In this document: piece after piece, positions 7,730 to 18,242 of the stretch
How the letters are laid out: every line of letters begins with the position of its first letter
Position numbering within the stretch: position 1 is the stretch's first letter
Virus record (IMG/VR): IMGVR_UViG_3300042516_005475
Span: 166,048-230,047 of that record
Reading direction: 5' to 3' (one strand)
DNA: 64,000 nt
Translations under genes and position numbers: made by a program
Notes under the pieces: model-generated
What the model was told of the DNA's origin: nothing
Database searches by the model: none
Seen by the model: only the letters and a program-made list of their open reading frames with translations

Positions 7730-8746
7730 ATGGAACGTAAACTTGCTAGTGTTCGTAAGATTCAAGAAATTAAGCTCATCGAAGGTGCTGACAAGATTTG
7801 CGCCTACCGAGTTGATGGTTGGTGGGTTGTAGATAGTATTAATAAGTATAATGTTGGTGATCTTGTGGTCTACTACGAGATTGATAGCTTTCTACCAATC
7901 ACTCCTCAATTTGAGTTTCTCCGCAAGTCTTCATTCAAGAAGATGGGTGAACGTGAAGGCTTTAGGCTCAAGACTATTAAGCTCAAGGGCCAGCTCAGCC
8001 AAGGTCTCTTGACTAAAATTCCAATTGGTCTCATTGTACCTCCTAAGGAAAATGATGACATGACTGAGTTGCTCGGCATTATCAAGTATGAGCCTCCTAT
8101 TCCTGCTGAGCTAGCTGGTGAGATCAAGGGTTCGTTCCCTAGCTTCATCCCTAAGACTGATGAGGTTCGTATTCAGAACTTTGAAAGGGAAGTTGGGGTT
8201 TCTATCGCTAATGAGCGAGTTTACGCTACTGAGAAGGTTGATGGTACTAGCTTTACTTGTTATGTTAACAATGGTGAGTTTGGTGTTTGTGGTCGCAATT
8301 GGGAGTTGAAGGAGACTCAAGGTAACTCTCTTTGGCGAATGGCTAACAAGCTCAATCTTCGTGAGAAGCTCTTGAGTCTCAATCTTAACATTGCCTTGCA
8401 GGGTGAGTTGTTTGGTAGTGGAATTAATGGTAATTGGTACAAGCTCAATGATCACCGACTCATGTTCTTTACTGGATATGATATTGATAATCAAAAGCGA
8501 TTGCAGTTTAATGAGTTAATGAACTTGTTGGATAGTTTGCAGTTGGAAAGTGTTCCTGTTATTGATTATATTGCTACTATTCCAGATGGTACTATGGCTG
8601 AGATCGTTGAGTGGTCTTTGTTGTATGCTGAGTCTGAGAGTAATATTAATGCTGCTGTAGAGAACGAAGGTGTTGTTATTCGTGGTCTTGAGAAGGAGTT
8701 TAGCTTCAAGGCTATTAGTAACAAGTGGCTCCTTAGTGAAAAGTAA
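7730..8746 (+). CDS. RNA ligase (DRB0094/Rnl5-like, N-terminal OB domain)
   Basis: MERKLAS...IEGADKI OB domain; FIPKTDEVRIQN; TEKVDGTS; LQGELFG; EGVVIR; SFKAISNKWLL. Confidence 0.88.
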   Translation: MERKLASVRKIQEIKLIEGADKICAYRVDGWWVVDSINKYNVGDLVVYYEIDSFLPITPQFEFLRKSSFKKMGEREGFRLKTIKLKGQLSQGLLTKIPIGLIVPPKENDDMTELLGIIKYEPPIPAELAGEIKGSFPSFIPKTDEVRIQNFEREVGVSIANERVYATEKVDGTSFTCYVNNGEFGVCGRNWELKETQGNSLWRMANKLNLREKLLSLNLNIALQGELFGSGINGNWYKLNDHRLMFFTGYDIDNQKRLQFNELMNLLDSLQLESVPVIDYIATIPDGTMAEIVEWSLLYAESESNINAAVENEGVVIRGLEKEFSFKAISNKWLLSEK

Positions 8747-8766
8747 GGAGAGTTAATAAATATTCA

Positions 8767-11700
8767 GTGATGACACTGAGCAATTTCTTAACCGAGGCAG
8801 CAGTAAATTACAAGATTGGTAGTGGTAACCCAGAGAAGATGCTCTATGACTTTTATGTCTTGAGCTTCATCTCTACCATTAACTTAACACCTGAGAAGGC
8901 CAAGACTGGAACCTTTGGAGATCTTGGATTCCAGGGTGGGTTTCTCGGTAAATCTGATAGAGTCAAGGAGGACATTGAGTACGCTCAAGATGTCCTCCTT
9001 CCTGTGTTAAAAGAGAAGCTAGTAAAAGGTTTGTTTGTATCTATCTGTGCTGAAATCAGACACATAAAAGATAGACCACAAAGCTATAAAGACACACCAT
9101 TAGCAACATCCAAGGTATTCAGAGACTACTATCGCAATTATACTTTAATAGATAAAAGTTTACCAAAAGAGTTTGAGATAAAGAGATTAAGAGAGCCTAA
9201 AAGCGCTATTCCAAAGTCTGAAGCTTACAAGAGATCCTATCAGGCGGCAACAAAGGCTATTAAAGACACAAATTCTACTCCATATGAGTTTGTTCAGATG
9301 TGTGAATATGCCTTTAAGAACATGTCATGGGCTGCTAGTTACGGTGGTAAGAACTGGGCTGCTATTTGCGCTGGGTACAGATTGTTAGTAGATTCTAAGT
9401 CAAAGGATCAGGTATCTGTAGCTATTGACCATGCATATGACCTTGAGCATAACACAGGTGCGGCTCTTAACAAGGTAAAGGATTTCTACATTACTGATAA
9501 AAATGGTAGAGAAGACTTTGATTGGATGGGCAAAGCATTGGATCTCAAGCGCGACGCTAAGTCCATGAACAAGCTCATTGACAAGTGTAGCGGTGATATG
9601 AAGAGATTAGCCTTGCAGGCTATGGCCTTATCTCCAATTGACTACATGAAGAAGAAGACTCCAGCTCCAGAGACTGTGATGCAGCAAACAGCATCTAAAG
9701 TAGGTGGAGAGTACTTAAATGCCTTTAATGAAGGAGCACCTAAGAAGTATAGAACAAAAGAAACTAAAAAGGAAGAGAAGGCTGATTTAAGTGAAGTAAA
9801 GGTAGTTCCAGGCCCTAAGCATGGATTAACAGCAGTAACCAAATATCAAGAAGATAATGTTTATTATGATGAGTATTTAAAAACCTATGTGTATGTTGTT
9901 AAGAAAGTGCCAGAAACAAAATCTGGAATAATTGTAAAATTAGCTGCTATAACAAAAGAAACCCCTAAAGAGATTTTAAAGAAGCAAATTGATCTACACA
10001 ACAAAGGAAATAATACTTATGTTAGTATCGACATGAACTTATTAAATTTAAGTCCAACAGATTTAGCTAACTTTTTTAATGAGGAAATACCAGTAACATC
10101 AAACGTAACAAAATTTAAATTAGCTCCTGCGCCTAAAGACTCTTCACATGCTCCTTACATTTTTCAAAAAAACAAATATTATTATGATAGTTTTTTAAAT
10201 GTTTATGTAGAGTTTATTAAACCAGACCCTGATTCTAAACTTGGAATAATTGTTTCTTTAGTAGCAGTTACTCCAAATTCTGCTATTTCTCTACTTCAAA
10301 ATAAAATTAAGGCCTATAATAAAGAACATGCTTATTTGAATACCTATGTCGCTGCGGAAAACGACCTTATGGGAGTTAGCCCAAAGGATGAAGAATCCTT
10401 AAAAGCTGCTGTATCTGGTAAGACTCCAATTAAATCACCAGAAGATCAATACGAAAGAGAGGAAAAGCAGTCAAAAGAGTATATTAGCAAGCTAGTACCT
10501 AATGCTCCTATGCCTATCACTGGTAGTAAGGTTAATAAGTTTAGTGATGATAAAATTTATTATGACAGCAAGACAAAGGCTTATGTAAAATATAAACATA
10601 AGAGTGGCTGGACAGATCCTAAAATAATGGAATTGTATGCAACAACATATTTTTCGGATACAGCTTTATTAAAAAGAAAAATTGAACTGTTTAAAAAGGA
10701 ATTTGGTCAAAATAAACAATATGTAGCTGCAATAAAAGATATTATTGAGATTGATGAATCTGATACAAACAAAGTAAAACAAGTAGTAGATGGAGAGAAG
10801 TCTGAGGTTAAGAAGCCTAATTTAGATGTATATTTCGCAAAGTATAAATTTGGTGATAAGGTCTTTTTAGATGTTAAAAAATCTGTATCTGGTCAAGTAA
10901 TAGAGAACTTTTTTGAAGATAATGATGAGTATTACAAAATTAAAGTAATTGATAATGCATCATATACTGGCGCTAGTTCTCCTTATGGAATAGGTAAAAT
11001 CTTTACAAAAACTGCAAAGTATATAGATGACTTAAACCCAAAATACAAAGTAACTGACAGAGTAATTTTAATACAATCCGGTAGTGAAGGTATTATTGTT
11101 CAGACCCCATTCAAGCAAGACGCTACATCTAATTATCTTATTAAGATTACAAAAGCAGGAGAGTCAAATGCCTTTAAAAAAGGAGAAGAAATTGTAGTTA
11201 ATACCAGCCGTATCGCCCCTTTGAAGAGGGAGAATGCTAGCGCAAGAACTAATGCTATTAAGAAGCAGAGTGCTCCAGGTAATATACCGTCAGAGGCCTG
11301 GGATAAAATGAGCGAAAAAGTAAAGAACATCTTTGCTCCATATAAGAAAAACAAAAACACTTCTTATGTTTATTATACTGAGAAAGGAGGCAGACAATTA
11401 GGTTTGTATGGTGTAATTGAAAAATTTTACTACAGTCAGGTTGGCGGTACAGAATTACTTACAGTAGAATTTAGATATTTTGTTTCTGCTGCATCTCAAG
11501 CTTCTTTTACAACAATATCTGAGAATAATTTTAATAAACTACAAGATTACAAATCTGCTTTAGAAAGTGTAAATGATTCACCTCTTTACAATGCTCCTTC
11601 TCAAAACTTAGATTCTGCATTAATGCTAAAAGACTATCAAACTGATATTAATGGAGAGGTATTTTATCATATACCAGCTCAGCAATATGTAAAGGTTAAG

Positions 11701-12267
11701 TCAAAAGGGGCTGGAATTCATACAGGTATATACTTTTCAGTTGTTCCAGTAGCAAAGACTAAATTCACCCCAGCTTATTATACATTTAACTGGGCAGAAA
11801 TAACAGCAACAACTAAAGATTTGCAAGAATTATCTATCAAGGCAATAGAATATTTGAAAAAACACTCTGGTGATATTGTTAAAGAGTTAATGCCAAAAGA
11901 AAACCCAGATGAAGTTAAAACACCTGGAAAAGTAAAGCCTGTTGAGATGAATGCATATGAAAAGGAAATACCTGTTCATTATATAAAGAATGAAGACTTC
12001 TTAGAATTAATTGATGCTCAGGCACTATCTTCTCAGTCTGAAATCAGAAGAGATCAATTTTATTATGATGTTACAACAAAGTTAGTAGTAAGTCCAATAA
12101 CTTCTAAAAAGCAATTTGGTGATGCTAGTAAGACTTTAGATGTAGCACCATATGAAAAGATTTTAATTAACTATTCAGGAGAGAAAACACCTAGAGGAGA
12201 GAAAATTATAGTACCTAAAACAATGTCTGTGTATGTGACTGATTTGCATAAAATCCTAGATTATTAG
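8767..12267 (+). CDS. very large late protein, paralog of 1892-3988, putative internal head protein
   Basis: 1166 aa; MTLSNFLTE leader; LYDFY, WAASYGGKNW, IDHAYDLEHNTG; repeated YYDxxxxxYV and YKxGDxV modules; TAAATA 8757-8762. Confidence 0.65.
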   Translation: MMTLSNFLTEAAVNYKIGSGNPEKMLYDFYVLSFISTINLTPEKAKTGTFGDLGFQGGFLGKSDRVKEDIEYAQDVLLPVLKEKLVKGLFVSICAEIRHIKDRPQSYKDTPLATSKVFRDYYRNYTLIDKSLPKEFEIKRLREPKSAIPKSEAYKRSYQAATKAIKDTNSTPYEFVQMCEYAFKNMSWAASYGGKNWAAICAGYRLLVDSKSKDQVSVAIDHAYDLEHNTGAALNKVKDFYITDKNGREDFDWMGKALDLKRDAKSMNKLIDKCSGDMKRLALQAMALSPIDYMKKKTPAPETVMQQTASKVGGEYLNAFNEGAPKKYRTKETKKEEKADLSEVKVVPGPKHGLTAVTKYQEDNVYYDEYLKTYVYVVKKVPETKSGIIVKLAAITKETPKEILKKQIDLHNKGNNTYVSIDMNLLNLSPTDLANFFNEEIPVTSNVTKFKLAPAPKDSSHAPYIFQKNKYYYDSFLNVYVEFIKPDPDSKLGIIVSLVAVTPNSAISLLQNKIKAYNKEHAYLNTYVAAENDLMGVSPKDEESLKAAVSGKTPIKSPEDQYEREEKQSKEYISKLVPNAPMPITGSKVNKFSDDKIYYDSKTKAYVKYKHKSGWTDPKIMELYATTYFSDTALLKRKIELFKKEFGQNKQYVAAIKDIIEIDESDTNKVKQVVDGEKSEVKKPNLDVYFAKYKFGDKVFLDVKKSVSGQVIENFFEDNDEYYKIKVIDNASYTGASSPYGIGKIFTKTAKYIDDLNPKYKVTDRVILIQSGSEGIIVQTPFKQDATSNYLIKITKAGESNAFKKGEEIVVNTSRIAPLKRENASARTNAIKKQSAPGNIPSEAWDKMSEKVKNIFAPYKKNKNTSYVYYTEKGGRQLGLYGVIEKFYYSQVGGTELLTVEFRYFVSAASQASFTTISENNFNKLQDYKSALESVNDSPLYNAPSQNLDSALMLKDYQTDINGEVFYHIPAQQYVKVKSKGAGIHTGIYFSVVPVAKTKFTPAYYTFNWAEITATTKDLQELSIKAIEYLKKHSGDIVKELMPKENPDEVKTPGKVKPVEMNAYEKEIPVHYIKNEDFLELIDAQALSSQSEIRRDQFYYDVTTKLVVSPITSKKQFGDASKTLDVAPYEKILINYSGEKTPRGEKIIVPKTMSVYVTDLHKILDY

Positions 12268-12301
12268 TTGATTCTTAAAAATCATTGGTTATAATAATTA
12301 C

Positions 12302-12649
12302 ATGACTGTTGAACAATTAGCGAGAGATTATAAGCAGCTAATGGCTGTGACTAATTCTCTCGCTTCTGCCTTGCAGAGCATTGATATCTTTCAGAAGTAT
12401 AACGAAGAATCTACATTAGCTACTCGTAGAATCTGGAGCAATTATAACTGTTGGCTATACAAAGGTGAGGCTATTGCCAATGTTAATGCAGAACAGATAG
12501 AACTTTCAGTTGCAAAGTTTGAAGATTTAATGCATACTGTTAACAGCAACCAAGAGCTTAAAATGCTCTTGCAAGGCATTGAAATTGAAAAGATAAACGA
12601 ACCTGATATTCAAGATGAAGCACCAAATAGATACGATGACATCTATTAA
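12302..12649 (+). CDS. hypothetical protein
   Basis: 115 aa ORF 6 nt after a TATAAT box. Confidence 0.6.
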   Translation: MTVEQLARDYKQLMAVTNSLASALQSIDIFQKYNEESTLATRRIWSNYNCWLYKGEAIANVNAEQIELSVAKFEDLMHTVNSNQELKMLLQGIEIEKINEPDIQDEAPNRYDDIY

Positions 12650-12812
12650 TAACCTCGTTAAAGGATATGAGAATACCATTGGTATGCTTAGGATTCAAAA
12701 CGAGCAATTGCGAATAGATTTAGACGAACTACGTAAAGAAAATCTATTGTTGAGAGTAGAATTGTCTGAAATAACTAAAAAGAGAAAGAAGAAGGTTTTG
12801 AGCTTCCATTGA
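12615..12812 (+). CDS. small coiled-coil protein
   Basis: Heptad pattern LRIQNEQLRIDLDELRKENLLL. Confidence 0.5.
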   Translation: MKHQIDTMTSINNLVKGYENTIGMLRIQNEQLRIDLDELRKENLLLRVELSEITKKRKKKVLSFH

Positions 12813-13069
12813 AGAATGCCTTGTTTCTTGACACATCTTGGTACGGAATAGATTTGTGTGCCAAAAGAATTCTGAATTTCTCTGGACTTTCCTCTGCAGG
12901 TCCTTCATAATCTCTTTAATGAATGAGATGCTTGATGCTCAGGATAGCCTCTACGATGTTGCTTTCGTCTCTGCAGAAGAGTATTATGAGGAAATGCAGC
13001 CGTTAGATTTAAACTAATTTTAAACTACGTTATTTGTATTTTATTTGTATTTAGATTAAATATAACTGT

Positions 13070-13372
13070 ATGTTTTGCCGCATTTTAAGCCTTTTTAGAT
13101 CGAAGCAGATATTGTTTCTGAATGTTGATTCTTTTAAAGAAATTAGTAAGCAGAACATACAAATCTTAGAAAACCAAAAAACAATTATGGCAGCTATCGA
13201 TAACCTCAATGAAGCACTACAACGCCTAGCAAAGGCAACTGACACCGCAGTGACTGTTCTCAATACTCCTCACCCAACCGAGGAAGCTATTCAGGCTGCT
13301 GCTGACCTAGTTCAAGCTCAGGCTCAACGTCTCGAGTCTGCAAGCGATAATGATCCTAGCACAATCGCCTAA
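13070..13372 (+). CDS. hypothetical helical protein
   Basis: Ala/Gln-rich C-terminal half; start may be 13187. Confidence 0.5.
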   Translation: MFCRILSLFRSKQILFLNVDSFKEISKQNIQILENQKTIMAAIDNLNEALQRLAKATDTAVTVLNTPHPTEEAIQAAADLVQAQAQRLESASDNDPSTIA

Positions 13373-13378
13373 ATCGTA

Positions 13379-13407
13379 GCCGCTGGAGAAATCTGGCGGC
13401 ATTTTTT
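13379..13407 (+). terminator. intrinsic terminator
   Basis: GCCGCTGGA-GAAA-TCTGGCGGC then ATTTTTT. Confidence 0.85.
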
Positions 13408-13839
13408 ATGTTCAAAAATAAAGGGTTTACAATATTAGAGATACTCTTAACAGTAGCCCTTTTAGCAACATTAATTGGTGTAGTGTCCTTTAACTTCAAT
13501 AGTTTATCAGATTCTGCTCAATACAAAGAAGCCAAAGAGAATCTAAAGACTCACTTAATAAGTCAGAAGTATAAGGCTGCTTATGAGCAGAAGGAGATTG
13601 AAGTTGATCTGAGTGTGGCAACAAATGATCTTAACATAGTAGATGCCACTAAGATAGTATTCTTCTCTGATGGTTCAGTTGAAGAGAGCTATATAATAGT
13701 AAGCTCTTTAGATGGTAAATATACTAACAAGATAGTAATTAATGTTATAGGTTATGTATCAGAGCAAGATACTTTCGATATTCTACCTATTGAGTCTAAA
13801 GACAGGTTACCGATAGAAAATTATGAAGAGTCTTTTTAA
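13408..13839 (+). CDS. type IV pilin/pseudopilin-like protein
   Basis: KNKG|FTILEILLTVALLATLIGVV: prepilin cleavage site, F+1, E+5, hydrophobic helix. Confidence 0.8.
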   Translation: MFKNKGFTILEILLTVALLATLIGVVSFNFNSLSDSAQYKEAKENLKTHLISQKYKAAYEQKEIEVDLSVATNDLNIVDATKIVFFSDGSVEESYIIVSSLDGKYTNKIVINVIGYVSEQDTFDILPIESKDRLPIENYEESF

Positions 13840-15318
13840 ATGGATAAAGTGGCATTGCTATGATATATTTGTTTGTGAGCACGTCAAAGGAGAAGGTATT
13901 CTCGTTGACGTTGGACGTAACAAATGTTGGTGGTGTACTAAATGCGGTTTATTAATCGAAACTTGTAACGGACCTTTTTTCTTATGGAAATTGACGAATT
14001 TATTGAAACGGAAACTGGCAAAAAAGCCATAAAGGCAATTGAAGAGCAAAAGAAAGAACTCTATGATAATTGGGGGTACACTAAAGAAGAGCTCGATCAC
14101 ATTGAGTTGTGTATGCTTAGGATTACTAATGAGATGTATCTAACATCAGAAGAGTGGGAAGAAGATGCTAGGCATTACCTTAAGATTATTGATAAGTATC
14201 GCAAGCTATTACTTCAGATTGCTAATGCTGCAGGTGTAAAGAGTCCAGTTGTTGATAGTACAACTGTAATGGAAGAAGCTATGTTTTATACTTTGCCTCA
14301 AGAAGTTAGGCAGATAAAAGAAAGAGCAGACTGGAATTAGACGAGGTTCCTGCTGGCGGTTCCTACGGTTTGCAGCCATAATCTTTACACAATGAAGACG
14401 ATGCAAATGGAAAAAGCCCTCGACTCAATCTCCGAGCAGCTGTTTGATCGTAGCCGCTCGCTTTCAATGTTCAATCTCGAATGCCCTACTTGCGGTGGAA
14501 CCATCAGCAAGTTTCGAGACGAACTCTCTGAGCGCGAATACCGTATCTCGGGTATGTGCCAAAAGTGTCAGGATGAAGTCTTTTCCGAGATTCCTGAAGA
14601 ATAAGCTTGAGGTTCCTGAGCTTTCGGCCTATACTGATTATAGAAAATAAGATATGAACTTGTTTACTTACAACGAAACTGAAAACTGGTACGAGTACTT
14701 TGACAAAGTCAATCTGCAGCTCACAGTTTACTCTGTGGAAGTTGAAAGCAACTGTGTAACTGTTCTTAATGGTCGTTCACCTATTCTTCAGAAGAGTATG
14801 GAGATGGCTAAGTCTAATATTAACTGGACTAAAGAAGAATCTTTCGGTATTGAGTTCATTAAAATGTTGAATCACGCTATTTCTAATAACTAAAATGACA
14901 TCTATTATTACTGATGATTTTCTCCAAGAGAAGATCTGGCAGAACGAATCATTCGAAAACGCAAAGGCTGAGTTTATCAACCTTATTAAGTCAGTCAATA
15001 TCAATCAAAAGGATAAGATGAAGATGGTGCGAGAGGCTATGAATGTCTCTACAAAAATAAAGCTTGATCAGTATGCTTTGAATGCCAAGTTTAAGTTTGA
15101 AGGTTTGGGGGTTATCTAATATGAAGAATCTTTTATATATGTTAGCGGTCGCGATTGTAGTATTCCTAATAGAGGCTTTACTCATTAAGTACTTGTGGAA
15201 CTTGTTGTTTCCAGAAATGTTTAATGCTCCATTCTTGGATTTCTGGCAGGCCTTGAGTATTCTGTTGTTATGTAACATCTTGTTTAAGACTCACTCAATA
15301 AAGAAATCAGAAGATTGA
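13823..15318 (+). other. run of small hypothetical early ORFs (13823, 13984, 14392, 14654, 14895, 15121)
   Basis: Contiguous + strand ORFs with promoters at 14354 and 14607; 14392 has CPTC...CQKC; the last has two hydrophobic helices. Confidence 0.6.
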
Positions 15319-15322
15319 GAAT

Positions 15323-15350
15323 GGCTACAGAGAAATCTGTAGCCTTTTAT
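15323..15350 (+). terminator. intrinsic terminator
   Basis: GGCTACAG-AGAAAT-CTGTAGCC then TTTTATTTT. Confidence 0.85.
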
Positions 15351-15372
15351 TTTTTACATATAAATATCTAGT

Positions 15373-15960
15373 ATGATTGATGATGTTTTAACAAGAAGCT
15401 CTTATAAAAACATTTGCCTACAGCAAAGAGAAGAGGTTAAAAACGTGTTCCCTGTATTGTTAAATAACATACTACCAAATAGAATTATTGAAGTAGGTAC
15501 TGGACATGGTGGTTTAACATTGTTCTTAAGGGATAATTTACCATCAACCTCAGATGTTTATTCTTTTGATATTGTTGAAAGTGTTTATCATAAAGATTTA
15601 AGAGATAATAAAATTAATATTTTTAATGGAAATATTTTTGAAGAAAAAACAGATTGGAATGAATTTATTTTAAAACAAGAATGGGAGCATTTATTTAACG
15701 TTAGCCCCAAAATTGTTATATGTGATGGAGGTTTCAAGCGAGGAGAGTTTAATGGTTTAGCAAAATATTTAAATATTGGGGATATTATAATGCTGCATGA
15801 TTATAGTACTGATAGAGAGTCTTTTGAAAAGTTAAACGTTTGGAATTGGTTAGAGTGTCAATATTCAGAAATTAAAAAAAGCTGTGAAACTTATAACCTA
15901 ATACCTTACATGCACGAAGAATTTCTAAATGTAGCGTGGGGATGTTTTCAAAAAAAATAA
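15373..15960 (+). CDS. class I SAM-dependent methyltransferase (CmcI-like)
   Basis: IIEVGTGHGG, YSFDI, ICDGG, GDIIMLHD; exact TATAAATA at 15359-15366. Confidence 0.75.
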   Translation: MIDDVLTRSSYKNICLQQREEVKNVFPVLLNNILPNRIIEVGTGHGGLTLFLRDNLPSTSDVYSFDIVESVYHKDLRDNKINIFNGNIFEEKTDWNEFILKQEWEHLFNVSPKIVICDGGFKRGEFNGLAKYLNIGDIIMLHDYSTDRESFEKLNVWNWLECQYSEIKKSCETYNLIPYMHEEFLNVAWGCFQKK

Positions 15961-15961
15961 T

Positions 15962-16579
15962 ATGTCTTTACAATTAATAAAAAAACACATTACCCCTCTT
16001 TCAATTCTTGATATTGGAGCTAATCACGGCCAATTTTATTGTGAAGCAAGAAAGATTTTTCCAGATAGTTATTTTTATTTAATAGAGGGTAACCCATACT
16101 GCGAACCTGCTCTTAAAGGTTTTGAGATAGATTACACTATAGCTCTCTTAAGTGATAAAGAAAAAGAAGTAGATTTTTTTATAAGAAATGGAGAAACAAG
16201 TTGTACAGGAAATTCTATTTATAAAGAAGATTCTGATTTTTATAAAGAGGGAAGCTACTTTAAAAAACAACTTTTCACTAAAACTTTAGACTCTGTATTA
16301 CAAGAGAAAAGATTCGACTTAATAAAATTAGATGTACAAGGATCAGAATTAGATATAATAAGAGGTGGTTTAGATATAGTTAAAGCAGCAAAAGCCTTGC
16401 TTTTAGAGGTAGCAGTAACCGATTTTAACATAGGTGCACCTAAAAAAGAAGAAGTTTTTCAATACCTCGCTTCTATTGGTTTTGAGCCAGTAGAAAAAAT
16501 AGCTGATTTAAACCATCCTATTTTGCATACTTTAGTACAGCAGGATTTTTTATTCTTAAATAAATCATATGATAAATAA
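15962..16579 (+). CDS. FkbM-family methyltransferase
   Basis: ILDIGANHGQF, LIEGNP, FDLIKLDVQGSELDII, LLLEV. Confidence 0.9.
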   Translation: MSLQLIKKHITPLSILDIGANHGQFYCEARKIFPDSYFYLIEGNPYCEPALKGFEIDYTIALLSDKEKEVDFFIRNGETSCTGNSIYKEDSDFYKEGSYFKKQLFTKTLDSVLQEKRFDLIKLDVQGSELDIIRGGLDIVKAAKALLLEVAVTDFNIGAPKKEEVFQYLASIGFEPVEKIADLNHPILHTLVQQDFLFLNKSYDK

Positions 16580-17255
16580 TATTTCTATTGTAAGTGTTCT
16601 TTTCGACTATCCTGAGCACTATTACCCTACTTTTTATAATAACGCTAAAAAGTACTTTCCGCTGGAAAATATTCATGTTGCGAGATACTCAAAGCTAATG
16701 GAGTTTATTTGTTATTACGATAAGCTTTATTTTTATAAAATTGAAAAACTTCTAGAATATGTAAAAGATAACATAAAAACAGAATATATGTTATTTTTAG
16801 ATGCTACAGATACAAATTTTTTAAAAGACCCATCAAATTTAGAAACAGATTTTAAAAACTATAACTGTTCAATTTTATTTTGTGCAGAAAGGGGCTTGTG
16901 GCCACCTACAGATTATAATCACTTATATAGTAATAAGAGAGTAATTTCAGAAAAGAAATATTTAAACTCTGGAGCTTATTTTGGGTATACAAAAAAAATT
17001 ATTGAGTGTTTGGAAGAGATAATTCAAGACCCTAGAGCTCATAAAGATGATCAAGCAAAATGGGCTATACAATATTTACACAAAGAAGATATAGTAATAG
17101 ATCAAGAATGTAATATTTTCTTTAGTTCTTATTTAAACAAGAACGATGTAATTTTTCATGACACCCACCCTAGTTTAAATAATTTAAATGCTTATATTGT
17201 TCATGATAACGGCGGTTATACTGAAGATACTTTAAAATTGGTACCTTTCTTTTAA
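16569..17255 (+). CDS. GT-A glycosyltransferase resembling the PLOD (lysyl hydroxylase) GT domain
   Basis: LFLDATD, ILFCAERGLWP, YLNSGAYFGY, DDQ, IDQECNIF, HDNG. Confidence 0.7.
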   Translation: MINNISIVSVLFDYPEHYYPTFYNNAKKYFPLENIHVARYSKLMEFICYYDKLYFYKIEKLLEYVKDNIKTEYMLFLDATDTNFLKDPSNLETDFKNYNCSILFCAERGLWPPTDYNHLYSNKRVISEKKYLNSGAYFGYTKKIIECLEEIIQDPRAHKDDQAKWAIQYLHKEDIVIDQECNIFFSSYLNKNDVIFHDTHPSLNNLNAYIVHDNGGYTEDTLKLVPFF

Positions 17256-17258
17256 ATT

Positions 17259-18242
17259 ATGAAAACAATTAGAATTACTCGGCAAGGCTTCCCAAATCAT
17301 GGTCAACACAGCTGGCCATCCTACTTTAAATTTATTTTATCAAAAAAGTATAATGTTATTTTAGATCCTATAAACCCTGATATAATTATTCAAACGGATC
17401 TATGTAATGATAGTACAAAAGTAGATTCCTATACTAATCATTTACCTACTTATTTTAATGCTTCTGACAAAAATAAGAAATTTATTTACATCTCAGGAGA
17501 AGCTGCTGATTTTCATAGTGGTTTAATTAATAACGATAACTGTTGGTCTTTAGGCTATCAAAAATTTTCTCACCCTCGTTATTTAAGACAACCTTCCTGT
17601 GTACTTGATGTTTGGACCCTTTTTGATGAGGCTAGGGTTGTAGACTCTCCTTTGAATTGGCTGACTCAAAAGAGAAATTTTGAGCAAATTTCCAAGAGAA
17701 ATAATAAATTTTGCTGTATAACTCAATCAAGTAATGTTGAATATAGAGGCAAAGTATTCGATAAACTTACTGAATATAAAACTGTAGACTCCTCAGGACC
17801 TTGGAGACAAAACCTATCAGGTAACGAAACTCTTAATAAGTACCAATGGATTAACCCTATTTATACAGGCAGAATGGATGGTTTAACATACAGAGAAAAA
17901 ATAGAGTTCTTTAAAAAATACAAATTTAATATTGCAATACATTTAACTAACACTGATTATATTGTTCAAGAAAAAATATACCATTCATTTTTTAGTGGTT
18001 GTATACCAATATTTTTTGGTAATAAATACATTCTTGAAGAGGGTTTTAACCCAGATAGTTTTATAAATTTACATGATTACTCTGATTTAAATTCTTTTCT
18101 AGAGCTTGTAAAAAATATAGACAACGATCAGAATCTATATAAAAAGTATATTGAATCTCCAATTTTTATAAATAATAAGTTACCAGAGTATTTTGACTTT
18201 GATTACACATTATCATTTTTAGAAAAAATTATAGAAGCCTAA
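17259..18242 (+). CDS. GT10-like (alpha-1,3-fucosyltransferase-type) glycosyltransferase
   Basis: KFCCI...SN, YKTVDSSG, KYKFNIAI, DYIVQEKIYHSFFSGCIPIFFG. Confidence 0.75.
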   Translation: MKTIRITRQGFPNHGQHSWPSYFKFILSKKYNVILDPINPDIIIQTDLCNDSTKVDSYTNHLPTYFNASDKNKKFIYISGEAADFHSGLINNDNCWSLGYQKFSHPRYLRQPSCVLDVWTLFDEARVVDSPLNWLTQKRNFEQISKRNNKFCCITQSSNVEYRGKVFDKLTEYKTVDSSGPWRQNLSGNETLNKYQWINPIYTGRMDGLTYREKIEFFKKYKFNIAIHLTNTDYIVQEKIYHSFFSGCIPIFFGNKYILEEGFNPDSFINLHDYSDLNSFLELVKNIDNDQNLYKKYIESPIFINNKLPEYFDFDYTLSFLEKIIEA

